This document shows positions 58,682 to 64,000 of a stretch of 64,000 nucleotides of DNA, piece by piece. The position numbers and the translations under genes are program-made. The stretch is from NCBI GenBank assembly GCA_030167865.1, contig JALAGF010000277.1:1-64000 (forward strand), read 5' to 3'. Position 1 is the first letter of the stretch. Each line of letters starts with the position of its first letter. The stretch comes from Craspedostauros australis (lineage: Eukaryota). A model generated the notes under the pieces. That model did no database searches. It saw only the letters and a list, made by a program, of their open reading frames with translations, and had not been told where the DNA came from.

Positions 58682-60010
58682 GATTCAAGGTTGCTTGCTT
58701 GCTTGGTTGGTTGATGTGAGTGAGTGTGTGTGGGTCCTCTCTTGATGGATGACCTTCACTTGCAGCGGGCTTTCTGATCAGCTTTCTGCTTTTTGTGTGC
58801 GAGTGGGATGGACAATGAAAATCGAACCAAGTTGTTTGGTTGGTTGGCGTGATGGCCGTTTTCGTTTGCGTTTGCGCCCATCACAACGAGCGCACTTGCA
58901 GGAGAGGGGAGAGACCAACTGGGACGGCTGCAACTGCGGTTGGCTTACTGTTCGCATCTGCACATGTGTACGCGTGTGGGTGGACGTACGAGGTATGCGT
59001 TGCAATGATCGTTCCTCCCCACAGTTGCCTTGATCCAAGAAGGGGAACGGCAAGGAACGAAACGTACTACACAGCAACAACAACAGAAGAAGAAGATCCA
59101 CATCAGACAAGCGGTGGTGTGCAGGGGGACATCGAGTCTTTTGGCAGAGTCGGCAGATGGCCCCTGCGCGAAAAGATTCGGTGGTGGAGCGCAGATGGAG
59201 AAGAACCCCGCGCTGCGAAAGCGTTCTGATTGGACAGTCGTGCAGACGGCGAAGATTCCTCGTGTTCTTCTTCATTCGCCGTGTCGCGAAGCGGGAAGAA
59301 TCTGAAGGAAGATCTTGGAACGAGAACTGGTACGGATGGTGAGCGATACCCTGATCGACCCATGTGATCAAAATTGTCGACGAATGATATACTATATAGT
59401 ATCCTTATGGTACTCCTTGGTAGAAACGAGACGACTATATAGGTACTAAGGTTACGACTCCACGTGGAAAATCAGTGGAGGTAAACGTTGTGACGTACCA
59501 CAGCCCATCAAAAAAAGGAAAGAAAAGGACACCAAAGACCGTGATGGTGTGTTCGGTTGGTTCGACGACAGACGATCCGCCACCGCTCACCCGTCGTTTG
59601 TTGATGTGTCCATGTGTCCTTTCGTCGCCTTGCTTTCTCGTCCGTTGATGTTTGTGTTGTTGATGCCTGTGTGGTCGTGACACCTTCGGTCGAAAACCAT
59701 CAGCAGCAACCGATTCCGCACCTGTTGTTTCACCGTCCCAAAGCAAAAAGAATACTCTGCGGTCAGCCAGTCACCCTCTTGGTTCCCTTGTTGCAAACCT
59801 CATCGAACAGAGTGACAGAGCGAGAGGCATCATCACAAGGAACATCAGCATCAGCCACAGCTGCTGACATCAACAACACTGAAGGGACAGTCAACCAGAG
59901 AACCCCTGTTGGATTGCTCCGCTCCACTTCGCTACAAGAAGCAACCAAGGCTCCACAACTCAAACCAATCTCCAGCTCCGCAACTCCACCTCCGTACGAC
60001 GACAGCAACA

Positions 60011-62152
60011 ATGGGAAAGAAGGCACGATCAGCAAAGGGCAGCCAGCGGGCTAAGGACAGGAAGGTCGACAAGGATAAGCTCCCACCTCCACCAAAGCCA
60101 GTCAGCGACGAGGTGAGTGATTCTGAAACCAGCCAGGATAATTGCCGTGTTGGAGCATGGGACGGTTGTGTTCGATTGTTGCGGTTGGACGATCTGCGCC
60201 TATCGCGAGCGCTGTTGGTGCGGATGGTGCGCGGCGCCAATTCTGACCAGCGGAACGACATTGGCAACAGCAGTGGCAATACTGGATTGTATCCAAGCCG
60301 TGATGGATTGACGTGTGAGGTGTCTATGGCTACTATGGTCAGGCTGTCTTCGTCAGATGCCGATATGCTCCGCTTTTAATCCTGCATCAATGACCAGCAA
60401 CGCTTCACCCAGAATCGGCGCTGCACATCTCTTGGCCGAGATCTTCAATCGCAGACGTTCACATACACATACTCACACGCATATCCGCACGCATACTCAT
60501 GCGAATATTCGCACGCATGTTCATACGCAATCCCATGCACTCCTACCAAACATATGCACCTAAATGAATCCAATTCATACGTACGACAGGTCGGATCCGC
60601 CAAGCTGCTTGACGAGCCATCATTGCCAGGCAGCGGATACAAGGCACTTGATCAGGAGGGATACGATGACGGTGGCGTCGCCGATCTCACCCTGGTCATC
60701 GACCTTGAGGACAGCGTGTTGCGTCGCAAGCGTGGTGAGGCCGAGTACTTCACAGCCCTGAAGGCTGACCTCCTGCCACGAGTGACGCAAGGTCCCATGG
60801 CATCCATGACCCGTCGCGAACAAAAGATCAAGCTGGCGAAGCTGCTGTTTTCCGAGGAGGAGCACGACGAGGACAAGAATCCATCTGAAGTGTGGATGGA
60901 CAACTTTGACAAGGAGGAGGACGACTCCATCCTGAAACACAGGGCCGAGCGCCTTGCATCCGCCAGGCTGGCCCTCAGCTTGAGTATCATCCTTCGCGAA
61001 CCAGCCTGCGCCAGTTTGAGCCTGTCGGAGATCAGCAAGCGCCGCCTTGCGTTCTACGGGAAGGCCGGTGCCGAAGGCGCCTTGCGATGTGCCGACAAGG
61101 CCATCGAAATTGCCGGCGACGGATTCTGGGATCGTGACGAAATTGAGATCGAGGTACGTGACAGCAACCAGCCATCACGGTGATCACAGTGATCACAGTG
61201 GCGCATCGAACAGTATCACTGCACTGCACTCTATTCGATGTTGGATTCTGTTGTGCTGTGTTCGATTGCATTGCATTGTATCATCGGGGCGCCCATCACA
61301 GGGCCAACAGGCCACACCAATACGGTGTCCCCAATCTCTGCTCTGCCCATTGCATGTCCACTGTGACATCAACCAACAACTCTGTCTGCTTCTGCAACTC
61401 ACACTCTTCACAATCTCTCCACACTAATTTCTTCCAACGTGGATCATGGCGATGCCAATTATTCATGATCAACCAACCGCCTGCTGATGCTCATGTCTTT
61501 CATTTGTTGGACAACCTTCGTCACGAAATATTGTACAATTGCAAACGCAACCAATTGTATCATGCAGGCCGATGAAAATCCAAAGATTGACCCAAGCCAC
61601 GAGAAGAACGCCACAGTTCCAGGACTGTCGCACAGCGACACACTGAAACTCCTTCCAAAGCGAGTCTCGGACCTCTGCTTGCGATCCGCCCGTCTGCACA
61701 AGGGAAATGCCTTGGCGGCCCTGGGCAAGGAGGATGAGGCCAGGGAGTCGTACCAGCTTGTCTTCCCAATGCTCGATGACGAGCCACGCTGCGGACGTCT
61801 GGACTGGGAGCGCAACTCCCTGTACATCAATATTGGAAACACGTTCAGCCGAGAAGGTGATTACGACAAGGCCAACGAGAGCTACGATATCGCCGAAAAG
61901 CTCGGACGCGATCATCTCAAGGTCGACAAGGGCAACAAGATCGACGGTATGGGCATGGCCGTCGTTGCCATGCGCGCCCGTGCCTTCGCCCTCAAGAAGG
62001 CCTCCAGAGAAGAAGAGGGCAAGGAGGTCATGAAGGAAGTCATCTCCATGCAGATGGACCTCGATAAGGAGACCGAGAAGCGAAAGGAGGAGGAGACCGC
62101 GCGACTCAAGGAGATGGCCGCGAAGGCAGCCCAACCAACAACCACCGAGTAA
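60011..62152 (+). CDS. TPR-like repeat protein of unknown function; 3 exons, about 416 aa
   Basis: Exons 60011-60112, 60590-61153, 61568-62152, all phase 0 with GTGAGT/GTACGT donors and CAG acceptors. TPR-like helices '[20 protein letters not shown]' and '[21 protein letters not shown]'; Lys-rich N-terminus. Confidence 0.78.
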
Positions 62153-63219
62153 GCAATGATTTGCCGCACTCGTATGTGGGCGATAATTGATTCAACTTGT
62201 ACGCGTTCGCCTTCGACTTCGAATCAACATGGTACCATACGATTCGATGCACAAATTGAATCCGGTTTATTCCGATGATCCACACAGCTACGTTGCCGGG
62301 CTTGGCTTCTATCGTAGCACCAAGGAGTCATGCGCATGGATGGGCCGAGCTTGGCTGAAGTTATGAAAGCGGCGTGACAGCGAAACGGAAAGGAGGAAGC
62401 TACTCCACTCCGCTCGATGTACCATGCACCGATCTCGCGGTGTGAGGGACTTTTGGCGACAAATATCGCACTCCAAGAAACGTTACTATAGAACCTTGCA
62501 AGAACACTTTCATTGTCAAATACTCGTTGGTTGATCGCTTCGTTGATCGTGCTGAGTGCACGAGGAGCTCGTATGCATGTACGCACGGCGCGTGTATGCC
62601 TTCTCTGACTTGGGGTTGAGTGCGATGACGAACAAACTTGAATGCGCTTCGACTTTGGGATGTGGATTGTTGCTTCCAGACGCGACTGACGTTGATCGCA
62701 CCGTGCCTTCTTCGTTGACGTCGAGACTGGTGTAATCGTGATCCGAGTCGTCGCTGCCGTATCTCCTTCAAGAAACTGTCGTCAACTATTGTTGCCGAGG
62801 AGCCTTTGAATTGATAGCATTCTCCATCGCATCCCTGCGAATGATGCGCGATCTGGTTCCGCATCGCATTCTGTTTCTCTTTGGCACAACCCCTCGCGCA
62901 TTCCAAAATGATTGAGACGCGGAGACGTTGATGATCGCAGATGCGACTTGGAATGATCGCACGCGGTCGAGTGCTACGATCACAATGCTGTGGACACCGT
63001 TGGAGCAAATGAAACGACAAGAAGTGGCGCGAACAAACATGAACGTGGGAGTATACCAGAGTCCATGCCTGCATGGCAAACAGACTGTGCGATCAGGCGG
63101 AGTGCGATGCAGAACAAAAGCTGAATAGAAATACGGTAATCACAGCAAAAAGAGTGGGGTTTAGAACACGCATCGTCTTCGGGATGAAACAGGCTCACTG
63201 ACGTGTGATGCAATACTTT

Positions 63220-63241
63220 GGTTGAGGTTGAGGTTGAGGTT
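63220..63241. repeat. (GGTTGA)n hexanucleotide microsatellite
   Basis: About 3.5 copies seen directly. Confidence 0.75.
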
Positions 63242-64000
63242 CATGCAGACGTTGGTGATGTTGCTTGCTTTTGTTGTTGGCGTGCGAGTGTTGTGAGGTT
63301 TGGGCGATGCTGGCATCGCCATCTTGTTCCGGACTGAATCGAGAAGGTATCTTTCATTGATGAGTCTTGGAACAAGCCCATAACCCGAATTCACTCGTCT
63401 CCGCCAATCAGAAGAAGCCATTTGGGAGGGTTACGTCAGTATCGTGTCAAAGAGATACTACAACCATTCCGGCAAGTTGGCAACAGCTGTATCCTTGCGC
63501 TTCAAATTCCAATCAGACACATCAACCAAAGACGACGGATCCGAACGATGCGCACATGAGCCATCAACAAGCCACACCAGGAACAGAGAGACACCACCAA
63601 CCAACAAACGCGCATACCAATACTTCGTGTGGATGAGAAACAGATCTCAGCGCGCCGTGATTGTTCCTACATGATTCCCATCGGCATCAGCTCCTACACC
63701 AACAGCCTCACCCCAGAAAGGCGATCCTTGCAGTTGCAGCAACCAACTTCAAGCACACGTGACGCCCTACAAACACGAGCGTAGGTACGTAAATGCGAGA
63801 GTATGGCGCAGATAAGCGCGAGCGTTGGAATAATGCTCGCGAAGTCGAGTCCCCTCAATTAGTGGAAGTATGCCCCAGATAGAGTGCGCACAGTTGCCAA
63901 AGGAACATAACGTGCCCAGAGCGGAGGTAAGTATCGCAGCCATCAATGCCAAGAGTGCGATCAGTTTCCTCATCTCCTTGTATCGTTGCAATTGTATCGC

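Noticed and set aside
59614..60054. 146-aa ORF overlapping the TPR gene start
   Set aside because: Non-ATG start and UTR-like composition; overlaps the better-supported first exon in another frame.
62224..64000. ORFs of 60-224 aa at the window end; possible transposon remnant
   Set aside because: No RT, integrase or transposase motifs, no terminal repeats seen, and non-coding-like composition.
1..64000. CRISPR array, rRNA, telomeric repeats, prokaryotic operon or defence system
   Set aside because: None seen; repeats are simple microsatellites and the gene structure is spliceosomal eukaryotic.

Overview
Eukaryotic nuclear DNA, most likely from a diatom or a related photosynthetic stramenopile. 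This is inferred from compact genes, GT-AG introns of 216-582 nt, bipartite signal-plus-transit (AF/AW-type) presequences, an HSF and a TALE homeobox factor, and microsatellite-rich intergenic DNA. About 22 protein-coding genes are supported: HSPBP1/Fes1, an RNI/LRR-like protein, old yellow enzyme, a SpoU methyltransferase, an SRPBCC protein, an orphan plastid-type protein, an F-box-like+RING protein, a low-complexity protein, a TALE homeobox factor, a double F-box-like protein, a class 3 lipase, a fucosyltransferase-like protein, HSF, a 2OG-Fe(II) oxygenase, a 7-exon SNF2 ATPase, Era, a PTPS/QueD-fold protein, WDR3/Utp12, DPAGT1, LAMTOR5, an SLC37-like MFS transporter and a TPR protein. All exon structures were assembled by hand and keep frame. 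Most notable: (1) a box C/D snoRNA resembling yeast snR40 in WDR3 intron 2; (2) a bacterial-type non-canonical PTPS with an added signal-like leader; (3) a RING-less Rad5/16-like SNF2 ATPase with several SUMO-interaction-like motifs and a Cys/His domain; (4) a cluster of TGACGT (aureochrome/bZIP-type) boxes upstream of the homeobox gene. No transposon, CRISPR array, rRNA or tRNA was recognised. All family assignments come from motif recognition, not database searches.
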